A model generated the notes under the pieces. It was not told where the DNA came from, searched no databases, and saw nothing but the letters and a program-made list of their open reading frames with translations. Both the position numbers and the translations under genes were made by a program. A stretch of DNA of 64,000 nt, from sequence record CP063550.1. One strand, written 5' to 3'. Shown piece after piece: positions 1 to 11,244 of this stretch; within the stretch, counting starts at the first letter, position 1, and each line of letters starts with the position of its first letter. This DNA comes from a plasmid.

Positions 1-797
1 ACCGTCAATACAAACAAAATAAATCTCGTTGTGGACGACGTTCAACCGTTTTATCTGATGAACAATCAACATATGTTCAAGAAAAGGTAGCTCAAGGGTG
101 GTCACCCGATGTGATTATCGGCCGTGGCGAGTTTCCAATTGATTGTTCTGTTCGTACACTCTATCGGATGTTTAAAAAAGGCCTTTTTGACACACAGTCG
201 TTACCTATGAAGGGGAAACGTAAACCGAATAATCATCAAGAAAAGCGTGGAAAACAGGCCTTTCGCAGAACGATTCATGAACGGAACAGTCTCTATCCAC
301 ACCTGACTAAAGAATTTGGTCATCTCGAAGGCGACACCATTGTGGGAGTTAAACACAAGAGCGCTGTTATTACATTGGTTGAGTGTTTATCCAAGGTTAT
401 TATTACTTTGAAACCGACAGGCAGACGAGCCGAAGATATCGAAAACAGGTTAAATGATTGGTTCAAATCCATGCCTAAACACTTGTTTAAATCCATGACA
501 TTTGATTGTGGAAAAGAATTTTCCAACTGGCGATCTATAAGTAACTCGAACGATATTGCCATCTTTTTCGCAGATCCAGGAACACCTTCGCAAAGAGGGC
601 TAAATGAGCACTCAAACGGCTTGCTTAGACGAGATGGCTTACCTAAAACAATGGACTTTAGGGACATGGATGAAACCTTTATTCAATCCGTTGCCTCGAA
701 AAGAAACCATATTCCAAGAAAATCATTAAATTATCGAACACCATTGGAAGTATTTTTGAGCTGCATAGATAAAGACATATTGTCTAGCTTAATTTGA
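1..797 (+). CDS. IS30-family transposase, 5'-partial (runs off the window start); C-terminal DDE region
   Basis: Frame 3 is open from nt 3 to the stop at 797. IS30-type DDE region. The last 54 aa are repeated almost exactly at 10862-11026. Confidence 0.8.
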   Translation, partial: RQYKQNKSRCGRRSTVLSDEQSTYVQEKVAQGWSPDVIIGRGEFPIDCSVRTLYRMFKKGLFDTQSLPMKGKRKPNNHQEKRGKQAFRRTIHERNSLYPHLTKEFGHLEGDTIVGVKHKSAVITLVECLSKVIITLKPTGRRAEDIENRLNDWFKSMPKHLFKSMTFDCGKEFSNWRSISNSNDIAIFFADPGTPSQRGLNEHSNGLLRRDGLPKTMDFRDMDETFIQSVASKRNHIPRKSLNYRTPLEVFLSCIDKDILSSLI

Positions 798-806
798 CAA
801 ATCAGA
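1..806 (+). mobile_element. IS30-family element, right part; right end at ...GACAAATCAGA (806)
   Basis: The sequence shared with the second IS30 3' fragment (10862-11035) stops 9 nt after the transposase stop codon. Confidence 0.6.
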
Positions 807-815
807 AAAGAAAAA

Positions 816-1043
816 ATGTATCAAGTTTTTGAAGAAATGGGTTATCCAATTAAAACGGTCACCAGAAAACTAGAAGTAATCAAAGCGGATGATACGATCA
901 GCGATTTGTTAGATGTGGAAGAAGGAGATCCAATGTTCTATTTCCATACACAGGGTTTTTCGCTAGAACGTCTGCCCGTTGAGTATTCGATTTCGAAATA
1001 TCGAGGAGACATTAACTACTTTGTTTTTGAACTTGCACAATAA
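816..1043 (+). pseudogene. Remnant of a GntR-family regulator C-terminal (UTRA-like) domain, truncated by the IS30 insertion
   Basis: 75-aa ORF with no N-terminal HTH; starts 10 nt after the IS30 end. The UTRA assignment is from motif resemblance only. Confidence 0.3.
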
Positions 1044-1257
1044 CTTCAGATTAAATAAAATGATTTATTAAAGATAAAAGTCGAATGAACAAGGCTGTCA
1101 CTATGACAGTCATGCTCGTTCGGTTTTATTTTTTAGAATAGCAGCTTGCAAATTCTGAAAAATTTTGCTTTCCTTCCTGCAGAAGGCTTCTTAAGAAAAC
1201 TTGTTCTAGCACTTTTCTTAAGAATTTGATAGTCTTAAAAAGAAAAGAGGCGATGAA

Positions 1258-2010
1258 ATGTTAAAAACGGATCGATTCCAAGCGATCATGTCGTTATTAG
1301 AGGTTAACGGTACAGTACGAGTCAGCGATATTATGGAGAAGTTTTCGGTTTCGGATATGACAGTCCGACGTGATTTGGACGAAATGGAGAAACAAGGATT
1401 ATTAGAACGCGTCCATGGCGGAGCGAAATTGAAGGATTTTTATCGGCATGTGGAGCTTTCTCATAGAGAAAAACAGATTATGCTGCAAGAAGAAAAGCAG
1501 CGGATTGTGGAAAAGGCGAATGAAATGATCAATGATGGTGATACGATATTTCTTGGACCAGGAACTACAATCGAGCTCATGTCAAAAATCATTCAAGGGG
1601 ATTCACTGCGGATTGTTACAAACTGTTTGCCTGTTTTTGAAGAATTAAATAAGCGAAAAGGGAATCGAAAAATCTATCTATTAGGTGGCGAGATGCGGGA
1701 AACGACTCAATGCTTTGTTGGTGAAATCACGAATAAATCGCTACAGGATATGAATTTTCATAAAGCATTTTTCAGCTGTAATGCTTTAAATGAACAGAAA
1801 ATTATGACTTCGACTTTTGAAGAGGGCCAAACTCAACAGATCGCTCTGAATAATTCTGTTGAACGCTTTTTATTGATTGATCATTCGAAAATTGGGAAAA
1901 GAGATTTTTCAGTATATTATAATCTGAATGATGTAACAGTAGTTATAACGGATGATGATGAACAAAAGCACTATGAAAAAATCGAAAAAGAAGAAAAATA
2001 TGTTGTGTAA
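1258..2010 (+). CDS. DeoR-family transcriptional regulator
   Basis: N-terminal HTH (VSDIMEKFSVSDMTVRRDLDEME) and a C-terminal DeoR sugar-binding domain; RBS GAGG upstream. Confidence 0.85.
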   Translation: MLKTDRFQAIMSLLEVNGTVRVSDIMEKFSVSDMTVRRDLDEMEKQGLLERVHGGAKLKDFYRHVELSHREKQIMLQEEKQRIVEKANEMINDGDTIFLGPGTTIELMSKIIQGDSLRIVTNCLPVFEELNKRKGNRKIYLLGGEMRETTQCFVGEITNKSLQDMNFHKAFFSCNALNEQKIMTSTFEEGQTQQIALNNSVERFLLIDHSKIGKRDFSVYYNLNDVTVVITDDDEQKHYEKIEKEEKYVV

Positions 2011-2566
2011 ATGAGAAACTGCCAAACTCTAGATAATTAGAACTTGGTAGTTTTTTGGTAGCCTTGAATTTAAGCGAATTATGTTATTTTTAGGGTGCAT
2101 CATTACTAATTCCTCCGAATACTTGAATACACCATTTGAAAAAAGATAGTCGATTTTTTTGGGATGTTATGTTTATGTGAAGGAAAAAATAGCAGTATCA
2201 ATCACCGCTTTATTAAGGAGGAAAAGGGATATCAAAACAACCATGGACACTAAGTCAGCTGAAGCTCTTTGACATGAAACGAGTTAGATCAGAAAAAGCA
2301 ATGATGAAATCGCACGCATAACCGCGGGATGCGAAGCGATTCAGGAAAAAAGAAATCAAGGAATTCGCAATTAAACAACAAAAAGTCAAAAAGCACAAAA
2401 CAAACAAGAACACAAAAAGAATCGTTGAGGAATACCAACAAAGGCAAGCTTAAAGGAGTTAAAAAAAGCATAAACGTTGATAATTTCTTTATTGGGTGTG
2501 GCAAGAGATGGGCTATGCTTTTTGAAATGGATTTTACATCTATTTATTTTTTATAGGTAAAATAAT

Positions 2567-2599
2567 ACCCCGAAGTCTAAAGACATTCGGGGTGTTTTT
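2567..2599. terminator. Bidirectional rho-independent terminator between the DeoR gene and gatC
   Basis: ACCCCGAA...TTCGGGGT stem followed by a T-run; A-rich on the other side. Confidence 0.5.
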
Positions 2600-2602
2600 A
2601 GC

Positions 2603-4060
2603 TTATTTAGCTTCGGCTGCATAAGTCATATTATGCGCCGTTGCCGGAGATGCATTCTCTTCTTTTTCAGCTGCGTATGCAGCGTTGCGTTTTTTCATTT
2701 GACGAGCGTACCAAATGAAGATTAAAAGGTATGCACCTAATGCTAAGGCAGCGTATATCACAAATTCGATTTGTCCTTGAGAAGCATTACCGACTAAATA
2801 ACCTAGGAATTTTTCAATCGGGCCTTCCATCGTTGTATGAGAGATCATGGCGGACCCGTTCAAGCCGGCTGGAAAGGCTCCGACTGCTTTAGCTGTTTGA
2901 GTAACGAACGGGGCGATCAAGGTGCCGGACCATAAGAATAATGGTAATTCGATCGCGCCGATTACGATCATACGGATTAATTTTCCACGAGTTACGACCA
3001 ATAGTGCTGGGGTAACACCCATTGCGATGATTCCGCCTAGTGGCAATAATTTATTTCCTGGTAAGATGATGGCTTCTAGCAACATGATTGGTGCTAATAC
3101 GTTAGCGGCAGCCCAGATTTCAGCGCGGCCTGCTATGAAAGGCCAGTCTAAACCTATGTTGATGGTACGTCCTTTTAGTCGTTTATTGGCAAAATCGGTA
3201 ATCCCTTGTGATAACGGTTCTACGGCTGCGATGAACCAAGCGCCTATCAAAGAGAACAATTCCAAACAGACGGCAGCGGTAAAGGCTAGCGAGAAAATTT
3301 GCGTTGGTGTTTGTCCTGCTAGTAATCCAACAAAAATCCCCAAATAAATTCCAATCGCGAATTTTGATCCCCAGAAGCCAATTTTACTATTCAATTTGGC
3401 AGCATCGAAATCATATTTATCCAACCAAGGGAAGATTTTGTCGAAAATTTTATCGAAAACCATAATAATCGGATTCATCATGTAGTTCATATGAGTCGTG
3501 GTCATCGGGTTGCTGTCTGGCGCATTTAACAAGTCATTGAAGGTTGGTTTCATTAAGTCGGAGTTCCAAATTTTTAATACACCAATGAAAATAACTAATG
3601 CAGAAGCAATAAACAGATTAGCACCGCAGAAGATCGCGAACAAACCAACAATTGCTAAATGCCAAATATCGAAAATATCCACATCTAATGTGTTGGTTTT
3701 TTTCATTGCTAACATGACAATATTGACGATCACCATAATTAGTAAAAAATAAAGCGTGTATGGCGACCCCCATGTGATGGTTGCTAGTGGGGCCCAACCG
3801 ACATCTGTAATGTTTAATGAAATACCTGTGCGTTCAACAAAAGCTGTCATAGCGTCTGAAAAAGCAGTAGTTAAAATTCCAATAATAGCTCCGATCCCAG
3901 TCAGGGCGATCCCTAATTTGAGCCCGCCTTCAAGAGCGCGTGACGGTTTTACTTTAAAAAATAAAGCAATAACAGTTAATACGATGGTCATTAACGGTGC
4001 CGCACCTAAATTAATTAGGGGGGTAAATACTTTATTGGCAATATCAATAATTGTATTCAT
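2603..4060 (-). CDS. gatC: PTS galactitol-family EIIC component
   Basis: 485-aa polytopic membrane protein with GatC-like topology, adjacent to EIIB and EIIA. Confidence 0.85.
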   Translation of the reverse strand: MNTIIDIANKVFTPLINLGAAPLMTIVLTVIALFFKVKPSRALEGGLKLGIALTGIGAIIGILTTAFSDAMTAFVERTGISLNITDVGWAPLATITWGSPYTLYFLLIMVIVNIVMLAMKKTNTLDVDIFDIWHLAIVGLFAIFCGANLFIASALVIFIGVLKIWNSDLMKPTFNDLLNAPDSNPMTTTHMNYMMNPIIMVFDKIFDKIFPWLDKYDFDAAKLNSKIGFWGSKFAIGIYLGIFVGLLAGQTPTQIFSLAFTAAVCLELFSLIGAWFIAAVEPLSQGITDFANKRLKGRTINIGLDWPFIAGRAEIWAAANVLAPIMLLEAIILPGNKLLPLGGIIAMGVTPALLVVTRGKLIRMIVIGAIELPLFLWSGTLIAPFVTQTAKAVGAFPAGLNGSAMISHTTMEGPIEKFLGYLVGNASQGQIEFVIYAALALGAYLLIFIWYARQMKKRNAAYAAEKEENASPATAHNMTYAAEAK

Positions 4061-4081
4061 ATGCTTTTCCTTTCTTTAGTC

Positions 4082-4384
4082 CTATTTGTTTAATGATTGG
4101 ATTGCGCTTTCCATACTTTGGTAAACAGGCTCAGCCATAGCAGGAATACGATAAAGAATAGCACCTGCATCAACGACAGGGATGTTAATGTCAAAACCCA
4201 AGTCGGTGTTGGCAATTTGTGCGAAAATGTCATAATGAGACAGCATTTCTTCATTGATATCTTTGATCATAACGGCGTCACAGGTGACTTGATAGCCACG
4301 ATTTTTCAATTCAGTTTCCAAAGCGCTTTTGATTTGATGGCTTGAATTAACGCCTGCTCCACATGCTGCTAAAATTTTGATCAT
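4082..4384 (-). CDS. gatB: PTS galactitol-family EIIB component
   Basis: 100 aa; MIKILAACGAGVNSS contains the EIIB phosphocysteine motif. Confidence 0.8.
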   Translation of the reverse strand: MIKILAACGAGVNSSHQIKSALETELKNRGYQVTCDAVMIKDINEEMLSHYDIFAQIANTDLGFDINIPVVDAGAILYRIPAMAEPVYQSMESAIQSLNK

Positions 4385-4440
4385 AATAATTCTCCCCTTA
4401 AAATAAGTTTATTTTTTATCCTGCGGTTAGGCAGAGACTT

Positions 4441-4920
4441 CTATATATAAAAATGTTCTTCTAAAAAATGATAAATCGCTTCTGTGTCCTCTAATTTGAA
4501 AAACGAAAACAGTTTTTCTTCGTCAACAGAATTAATGAAATCCATGATATTAGCCAACATGCCAGCCTGTGCTTCACCATTTTCGTTCAAGATCATGAAA
4601 AGAAATGAAGCGGAAATCTGATCGCTTGGCGAGATCATGTTGTAGAAAGGGATTTCATTTTTTACTTTGATTGGAATGATACGGGTGGTTCGCACAAACT
4701 CACTTTCGGTATGAGGGATAGCGATATCTGGCAATATTTTAGAGACAGGTGAGAGATCTAATCCCGTCGGATAATTACGCTCCCGTTCTAAAAGGTTCTC
4801 CAAAAAATCTTCGGTTACCAATTCTTTCTTTAACAGATCTTGATAGACTTCCTCGAACACTTCTTCCTGCGACTGCTTGTCAGAAACATAGACAGTGTCT
4901 TTGAAAAAGAATTCATTCAC
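4441..4920 (-). CDS. gatA: PTS EIIA component (galactitol/fructose type)
   Basis: 159 aa; EIIA-2 fold with conserved His (IAIPHTESEFV). Confidence 0.7.
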   Translation of the reverse strand: MNEFFFKDTVYVSDKQSQEEVFEEVYQDLLKKELVTEDFLENLLERERNYPTGLDLSPVSKILPDIAIPHTESEFVRTTRIIPIKVKNEIPFYNMISPSDQISASFLFMILNENGEAQAGMLANIMDFINSVDEEKLFSFFKLEDTEAIYHFLEEHFYI

Positions 4921-5034
4921 ACAAAACAGCTCCTTTATTAGTTCGTTTATGTTTATTTATATGTTTACAAGTTGAGTATAACCGCTTACAAAATCATTGT
5001 CAACGCATAAACGAAAATAAACGAACAATATGTG

Positions 5035-5063
5035 TTGAAAAATGTTCGTAAATGTTTTATTAT
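5035..5063 (+). promoter_or_regulatory. Putative sigma-A promoter (TTGAAA-17-TATTAT) for the lacR-lacABCD operon, with flanking A/T direct repeats that could be DeoR operators
   Basis: -35 at 5035-5040 and -10 at 5058-5063, 20 nt upstream of the GGAGG RBS. Confidence 0.4.
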
Positions 5064-5084
5064 AAGGTCGTGGAGGTACAGAAT

Positions 5085-5858
5085 ATGCTGAAAACAGAAC
5101 GACAGCGTTCGATCTTAGCGATGTGTGATCGCTATGGGACGATAACAGTCAAATTTATTCAGGAAGTACTGAATGTTTCAGATATGACGATCCGCCGAGA
5201 TCTAGAGGAACTCGCGCAGAAGAAAAAGCTTTTACGCGTTCATGGCGGTGCACAAAAAATCGATTATCTGGAAATGTCGACTTCTATAGAAGCAAATGAG
5301 CTTTCTCATACTGAAAAAAAGAAGCTGCATACAAAAGAGAAGGAATACATCGCTAAAAATGCGGCAGCTCATATCAATCAAGAAGACGACACGATTTTTC
5401 TTGGATCGGGTACAACGATCGAATTAATGACACGATACATCAAGCCGTCATCTCTCCGAATCGTTACCAATAGTCTGCCGGTTTTCAATCTATTAAGTGA
5501 AATAAAAAGATTTGAACTGTATTTGATCGGTGGGCTATATCGGGAAAAGACTGGAGCCTTTGTCGGTTCAATTGCCAATGAAGCTGTTCAAAAAATCGGT
5601 ATTAAGAAGGCTTTTGTCGGAGTGAATGGATTGAAGGGTTCGGAGGTTTCGAATTTCAGTATTGAAGAAGGTACCTTGCAAAAAATTGTTTTAGATAATG
5701 CGGCAGAAAAATGTTTGGTTTCAGATGCAAACAAATTCGACCATAGCGATTTTTATAATTTCTATGATTTGCGCAAGATCGACAAATTATTTACGGATTC
5801 TACTCTTTCAGCCGAGCTGAAGAGTTATTATCAGCAATTCACTAAAATCATTCAGTAA
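5085..5858 (+). CDS. lacR: DeoR-family repressor (LacR-like) of the tagatose-6-P operon
   Basis: Start moved to the ATG at 5085, which has GGAGG 8 nt upstream. HTH MTIRRDLEEL; DeoR C-terminal domain. Confidence 0.8.
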   Translation: MLKTERQRSILAMCDRYGTITVKFIQEVLNVSDMTIRRDLEELAQKKKLLRVHGGAQKIDYLEMSTSIEANELSHTEKKKLHTKEKEYIAKNAAAHINQEDDTIFLGSGTTIELMTRYIKPSSLRIVTNSLPVFNLLSEIKRFELYLIGGLYREKTGAFVGSIANEAVQKIGIKKAFVGVNGLKGSEVSNFSIEEGTLQKIVLDNAAEKCLVSDANKFDHSDFYNFYDLRKIDKLFTDSTLSAELKSYYQQFTKIIQ

Positions 5859-5877
5859 AAAATAGGAGGAAACAAAA

Positions 5878-6306
5878 ATGCGTGTAGTAATTGGTTCAGA
5901 CAGTGACGGCATGGAATTAAAGGAATTAATCAAGAAAAAATTGATCAAAGAAGGTATTACAGTAGTAGATAAGAGTGAAACGGCTTCAGAAGATTTTGTG
6001 GAATCAACTTTGGCGATCGCAAATGATCTGAATGAAAACGAAGGTAGTTTAGGAATCGCGGTTGATGGCTACGGCGCTGGCAGCTTTATCACGGCAACAA
6101 AGGTTAAAGGAATGGTAGCAGCAGAAGTTTCGGATGAGCGCAGTGCGTATATGACCCGTAAACATAATAATTCTCGGATGATCACACTTGGATCAAAAAT
6201 TGTTGGCGATGAGTTGGCGTTGAATATTGTTAAGGAATTTCTACAAGCAAATTATGATGGTGGTCGTCATCAAGTACGTGTCGACATGTTAAATAAAATG
6301 GCGTAA
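5878..6306 (+). CDS. lacA: Galactose-6-phosphate isomerase subunit A (RpiB/LacA/LacB family)
   Basis: 142 aa, [11 protein letters not shown]...; followed by lacB, lacC and lacD. Confidence 0.85.
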   Translation: MRVVIGSDSDGMELKELIKKKLIKEGITVVDKSETASEDFVESTLAIANDLNENEGSLGIAVDGYGAGSFITATKVKGMVAAEVSDERSAYMTRKHNNSRMITLGSKIVGDELALNIVKEFLQANYDGGRHQVRVDMLNKMA

Positions 6307-6324
6307 TTAGGAAGGATGAATGAA

Positions 6325-6840
6325 ATGAAAATCGCAATTGGCTGTGACCACATCGTCACAGATACAAAAATGGCAGTATCAGATTTCTTAAAATCAAAAG
6401 GACATGAAGTGTTGGATATGGGGACCTATGACTTTACCAGAACCCATTATCCGATCTACGGAAAAAAAGTCGGAGAGGCCGTGACTAGCGGAGAAGCAGA
6501 TCTAGGAGTTTGTTTGTGTGGAACAGGTGTTGGGATTAACAACGCTGTCAATAAAGTACCTGGTATCCGCAGTGCGCTGGTTCGCGATATGACGACTGCT
6601 ATCTATGCGAAGGAACAACTAAATGCCAATGTGATCGGCTTTGGCGCTCGGATTACGGGAGAATTTTTGATCTGTGACATATTAGAGGCCTTCATCAATG
6701 CCGATTATCAAGAAACTGAAGAAAACAAAAAATTGATCGCCAAAATCGATCACGTCGAAAAAGCCAGTGACAAGCAGTCTGATCCGCATTTCTTCGATGA
6801 ATTTATCGAGAAATGGGATCGTGGCGAATACCACGATTAA
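6325..6840 (+). CDS. lacB: Galactose-6-phosphate isomerase subunit B
   Basis: [11 protein letters not shown]...; start chosen 10 nt downstream of AGGAAGG. Confidence 0.85.
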   Translation: MKIAIGCDHIVTDTKMAVSDFLKSKGHEVLDMGTYDFTRTHYPIYGKKVGEAVTSGEADLGVCLCGTGVGINNAVNKVPGIRSALVRDMTTAIYAKEQLNANVIGFGARITGEFLICDILEAFINADYQETEENKKLIAKIDHVEKASDKQSDPHFFDEFIEKWDRGEYHD

Positions 6841-6852
6841 GCGGGTGGACAA

Positions 6853-7779
6853 ATGATTTTAACAATAACGATGAATCCATCGATTGATATTTCTTATCCA
6901 TTAGAAACCTTCAAGCTCGACACAGTCAATCGAGTAAGAAATGTTCGCAAAACAGCTGGCGGTAAGGGCCTAAATGTGACACGTATCTTGAAGCAATTAG
7001 ATACGGAGGTGATTGCTAGTGGTTTAATCGGCGGTTTTTTAGGTGAAGAGATTAAAAAGGACCTGACTCAAAATGAGATTGCTCATGACTTTTTACCTAT
7101 CAGCGGAGAGACACGTAATTGCATCGCTGTTTTACATGACGGAAAACAGACGGAAATCCTAGAAAACGGACCTGTTATTACTGAACAAGAAGCAAGGGCG
7201 TTCTTGCAACATTTCGAAAAATTAGCTGTTAAAGCCGAAATCATTTCTTTTTCAGGAAGCTTGCCAGAAGGATTGCCTGCTGATTTTTATCGACAAATGC
7301 TGCAAGTTTGTCAGCCAAAGCCTGTCGTTTTAGATTGTTCAGGTACAGCATTAAGGGAAGTGTTGCGAGGCAGTGTAAAGCCTAAGCTAATAAAACCCAA
7401 TACCGAAGAGCTGGCTGGTCTGCTAGGACGAGAAATCTCAACAGAATTATCAGATTTAAAAGCCGCCTTGTCAGATTCGATGTTTGATGAAATTGAATGG
7501 ATAGTGGTTTCAATGGGGGGCGACGGAGCCTTTGCCAAACATCACGAGACTTTTTATTGCGTGACAATTCCAAAGATTGATGTCGTCAATCCAGTTGGCT
7601 CTGGTGATGCGACCGTTGCCGGATTGACCGCTGCGATTCAACAAGGTCTTTCGGATGAAGCCGTGTTAAAACAGGGTAATGTTTTAGGAATGCTGAATGC
7701 TCAGGAAGCGACGACTGGCTATGTCCAATTAGCCAATTATCAAAAACTATATGATCAAATCTTAGTGGAGAAAGTGTAG
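6853..7779 (+). CDS. lacC: Tagatose-6-phosphate kinase (PfkB family)
   Basis: 308 aa; PfkB motifs ([17 protein letters not shown]). Confidence 0.85.
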   Translation: MILTITMNPSIDISYPLETFKLDTVNRVRNVRKTAGGKGLNVTRILKQLDTEVIASGLIGGFLGEEIKKDLTQNEIAHDFLPISGETRNCIAVLHDGKQTEILENGPVITEQEARAFLQHFEKLAVKAEIISFSGSLPEGLPADFYRQMLQVCQPKPVVLDCSGTALREVLRGSVKPKLIKPNTEELAGLLGREISTELSDLKAALSDSMFDEIEWIVVSMGGDGAFAKHHETFYCVTIPKIDVVNPVGSGDATVAGLTAAIQQGLSDEAVLKQGNVLGMLNAQEATTGYVQLANYQKLYDQILVEKV

Positions 7780-7791
7780 GAGGATACGGAA

Positions 7792-8778
7792 ATGAACGAA
7801 GAAAAACGTCAATATATCAAGCAACTATGCAATGAAGATGGAGTGATTGGGGCCTTAGCAATTGATCAACGCGGGGCTTTGAAGAAGATGATCACAAAAT
7901 TCAAGGGCAGCGAAGCAGAAGAATCAGAAATCGTTGAATTTAAAGAAATTGTTTCTTCACAATTAACGAAATATGCCTCATCGATTTTATTAGATCCCGA
8001 ATATGGCTTGCCAGCAGCTGACGTTAGAGCAAAAAATGCCGGCTTGCTGTTAGCTTATGAAAAAACTGGTTACGATGCGTCAACTCCCGGCCGTTTACCA
8101 GATTTATTATCGATCTGGTCAGTTAAACGTTTAAAAGAAGCAGGCGCCGATGCTTGTAAGTTCCTACTTTACTATGATGTCGATGAAGCAGAAGAAATCA
8201 ATAATCAAAAACATGCCTTTATTGAACGAATCGGCTCAGAATGTCAGGCTGAAAACTTACCCTTCTTCTTGGAGCTTGTTTCTTATGACGCGAACATCTC
8301 TGATGCGACTTCGAAAGAATACGCCATTAAGAAACCTCATAAAGTCAACGATATGATGAAGGAATTTTCTGATCCACGTTATGGCGTAGATGTGTTAAAG
8401 GTGGAAGTACCCGTCAATATGAATTATGTGGAAGGCTATGGGACAGACGAAGTCGTGTACACAAAGGCACAAGCGGCTAACTTCTTCAAGGAACAGGCTG
8501 AAGCCACTAACCTGCCATTTATTTTCCTAAGCGCCGGTGTAAAAGCAGAGTTGTTCCAAGAAACACTGCGCTTCGCGAAAAATGCCGGCTCAACCTTCAA
8601 TGGTGTACTTTGCGGCCGTGCGACTTGGGCAGATGGTGTAGAAAGCTATATCGTTGATGGAAAAGAAGCAGCGATGGAGTGGATGAATACGCAAGGGCGT
8701 AAAAATATTGAAGAATTAAATGCCGTATTGAAAGAAACTGCTACACCGGTGGAAGTGTTAACAAGCTCACTATCATAA
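7792..8778 (+). CDS. lacD: Tagatose-1,6-bisphosphate aldolase
   Basis: 328 aa LacD/GatY-type class I aldolase; last gene of lacABCD. Confidence 0.85.
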   Translation: MNEEKRQYIKQLCNEDGVIGALAIDQRGALKKMITKFKGSEAEESEIVEFKEIVSSQLTKYASSILLDPEYGLPAADVRAKNAGLLLAYEKTGYDASTPGRLPDLLSIWSVKRLKEAGADACKFLLYYDVDEAEEINNQKHAFIERIGSECQAENLPFFLELVSYDANISDATSKEYAIKKPHKVNDMMKEFSDPRYGVDVLKVEVPVNMNYVEGYGTDEVVYTKAQAANFFKEQAEATNLPFIFLSAGVKAELFQETLRFAKNAGSTFNGVLCGRATWADGVESYIVDGKEAAMEWMNTQGRKNIEELNAVLKETATPVEVLTSSLS

Positions 8779-8784
8779 GAAATC

Positions 8785-8820
8785 AGACTGTGAAGCAAAA
8801 TTGCTTGCAGTCTTTTTTTA
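8785..8820 (+). terminator. Rho-independent terminator after lacD
   Basis: AGACTG...CAGTCT stem followed by TTTTTTT. Confidence 0.55.
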
Positions 8821-9233
8821 TACATAAAGCGTAAAATCATGCTGCATTATTAGGGGAACGAATTCTAAAATAGTAAGTGAGTTAAAACGAAGGGGTTTTT
8901 CTTTAGAGAGATTTTCTTACATGTGGTACTTAATGACTTGATGGCAATTTTCAGTATTCTAACGAGGCTTATTGGTCATAAACCAACGAACTTTGAAAAG
9001 TATATACAAGAAAACCAAGCAAATAGAAAGTAGTGAGACTGGAGGAAAGGTTCCAGTCTTTTTCTATTCTAGGTATTTTCAAACAGTAAAATCATTCTTA
9101 ATTATGTGTTTTTTAACAGAATGTATGAATTTCTTCAAATCTTCACAAAAAGAACGTGGACTTTGAAGAAGAGCGTGTACTATGCTAAAAAGCATAAGTG
9201 TAATTACTAAATCCGTATGAGGAGTGAATATAC

Positions 9234-9902
9234 ATGCGTGTACTGGTGGTTGAGGACAATCGTGAGCTGGTTTTATCCGTAAAAAAGGGCCTAGAGCAGG
9301 AGAATATTTCTGTAGATGTAGCTTATGATGGCGAGTCAGGAGAAGAGAAGGCCTTCATCAATTCATACGATGGGATACTACTAGATTTAAATCTGCCTAA
9401 AAAAGATGGATTATCTGTTTTACAAAGTCTCCGTGCTGAAGAAGTCGAAAGTCCAGTTATCATTATTACTGCACGTGATGAGATTGAAGAACGAGCAAAA
9501 GGCTTGGATTTTGGAGCAGATGATTATTTAGTCAAACCCTTTGAGTTACTAGAATTAAAAGCACGAATACGCGCGGTTATTCGTCGTTATCATGGACGTG
9601 CGCTGCCGCAGATTTCAATTGGTGCTTTGAAGATTGATCCATTAGGTCGAAGGGTCAGCTATCAAAAGACAGAGGTGGTCCTGAAACCCAAGGAATTTGA
9701 TATCTTACTGTGCATCGCTCAGCGTCATCCAGCGGTTGTTTCGTCTGAGGAAATTTCTGAACATGTCTACGATGAAGATTTTGATCCTTTTTCGTCGGTT
9801 CTGCGAGTGCATCTGGCTCGTCTAAAAAAGAAACTGGCTGAAGCAGCTGAAAAAGAGGTCTTAAAAACCATTCGAGCAAAGGGGTACCAGCTATGCTATT
9901 AA
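9234..9902 (+). CDS. OmpR-family response regulator
   Basis: Receiver domain (VVEDN...DLNLP) plus winged-helix DNA-binding domain; overlaps the kinase gene by 10 nt. Confidence 0.85.
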   Translation: MRVLVVEDNRELVLSVKKGLEQENISVDVAYDGESGEEKAFINSYDGILLDLNLPKKDGLSVLQSLRAEEVESPVIIITARDEIEERAKGLDFGADDYLVKPFELLELKARIRAVIRRYHGRALPQISIGALKIDPLGRRVSYQKTEVVLKPKEFDILLCIAQRHPAVVSSEEISEHVYDEDFDPFSSVLRVHLARLKKKLAEAAEKEVLKTIRAKGYQLCY

Positions 9903-11026
9903 ATTTTAAAATGACGTTAACGATGCTGGCTTTTTCACTGTTGGTGACAGGCGTGATTTTAGTGAGTTTCTTCTTTCTGAGAAATAATTTGGAGGGAATC
10001 AGTATCGCATCTACCTTAGGTGAAGATGTTTATTTTATGGAAGAGGGTAAGACGGTTCAAGCAGAGACGCAGATGGAAGCTTCGAAATCTTCCAACAATC
10101 AATTTATGACTATTTCGATGATAGATAAAGCTTACCAGGACGAACTATTTAAATATTTACCAGCGATGGTGCTGGTTATTTGTTCTGCCGTCATGTTATT
10201 AACGTTTATTCTTTGGTTGGTTTTACGCAAAATTTACAGTAATCAAATCTTAGCGATTACGCGTGATTTAACGTTTATTGATCAAGTTCCTAAAAATACT
10301 GTGAAGGACGAGGCATTAAATGCGGCTTTTAATAAGCTAAAGGATAAGTTCGATGGTCATTTGGAGGATTATCGACGATTAAATAGTTATCTGACCCACG
10401 AGCAGAAAAATGCCATCGCTATTTTGCGTACGAATCTGGAAATAGAACGGCAACATGCCGATCAAGGAAATTTAATGCTTTTAGATCGGATGACCGACAG
10501 TATTGACGATATTTTGACATTATCCAATAACTCAGAGGATCTTAGCACGGAAGTCGTAGACGTTTCACTGATCTGTGCGGAAGTTTGTGATGCCTACAAA
10601 ATGAATTATCCGAATCTTTTGTTTGCGTTTACTGAAGATCAACCAACCCTGATTCATGGACGAGATCGTTGGATTTATCGGGCGGTTTCGAATTTAGTTG
10701 ACAATGCAATCAAATATGGTGAAGGAAAACTGGTAATTGTCACCATTTCAAACCAAAAGGGTAGCGTGATTATTGAAGTAAAAGATCAGGGAATTGGCAT
10801 TCCTCAGGAGAAACAGGCATCAATTTTTTCTCATCAGTACCGAGTGCATGGGCTCAAGCAGGATGGCTTACCTAAAACAATGGACTTTAGGGACACGGAT
10901 GAAACCTTTATTCAATCCGTTGCCTCGAAAAGAAACCATATTCCAAGAAAATCATTAAATTATCGAACACCATTGGAAGTATTTTTGAGCTGCATAGATA
11001 AAGACATATTGTCTAGCTTAATTTGA
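9893..11026 (+). pseudogene. Sensor histidine kinase truncated in its HATPase domain and fused in frame to the last 54 codons of an IS30 transposase
   Basis: HisKA and the N box are present, but the frame runs into DGLPKTMDFRD...SSLI, which is the IS30 transposase C-terminus seen at 1-797. The G2 box is missing. Confidence 0.7.
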
Positions 11027-11035
11027 CAAATCAGA
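10862..11035 (+). mobile_element. IS30-family 3'-terminal fragment (last 165 nt of the transposase gene plus the right end)
   Basis: Nucleotide identity with 633-806 starts at GATGGCTTACC and ends at CAAATCAGA. Confidence 0.75.
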
Positions 11036-11109
11036 TGTCTATAAAATTCGTTAGAAAATACAATTTATAGATATCCAATTGATTTGTAAACAAAAAGGAG
11101 TTGTCAACT
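11036..11109. repeat. 74-bp repeat S (copy A); inverted copy at 63703-63776. Contains half of a terminator hairpin
   Basis: Reverse complement matches 63703-63776 with one mismatch. In copy A it continues into AAAAAGGAGT...ACTCCTTTTT, a hairpin plus T-run. Confidence 0.85.
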
Positions 11110-11244
11110 AAGCCACTCCTTTTTGTTGTAATTTTTCCCAATAAGAAAGTCTACTACTTTAGGAAGATAATAGTAAGATAGAAATGTTGCCCCCAAAATT
11201 ATTATCCAGCTGGATATAATTAATCAAATAAAAAGGATCAAAAA

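Noticed and set aside
2289-2556. Overlapping 71- and 75-codon ORFs in the DeoR-gatC intergenic region
   Set aside because: Lys- and Phe/Leu-rich translations from an A/T-rich tract, mutually antisense, with no RBS. Most likely a non-coding spacer.
2922-4079. Three ORFs (2922-3347, 3498-3752, 3756-4079) on the plus strand inside gatC
   Set aside because: They are antisense to a well-supported membrane-protein gene, have Ala/Pro-rich low-complexity translations and no RBS. These are typical shadow ORFs.
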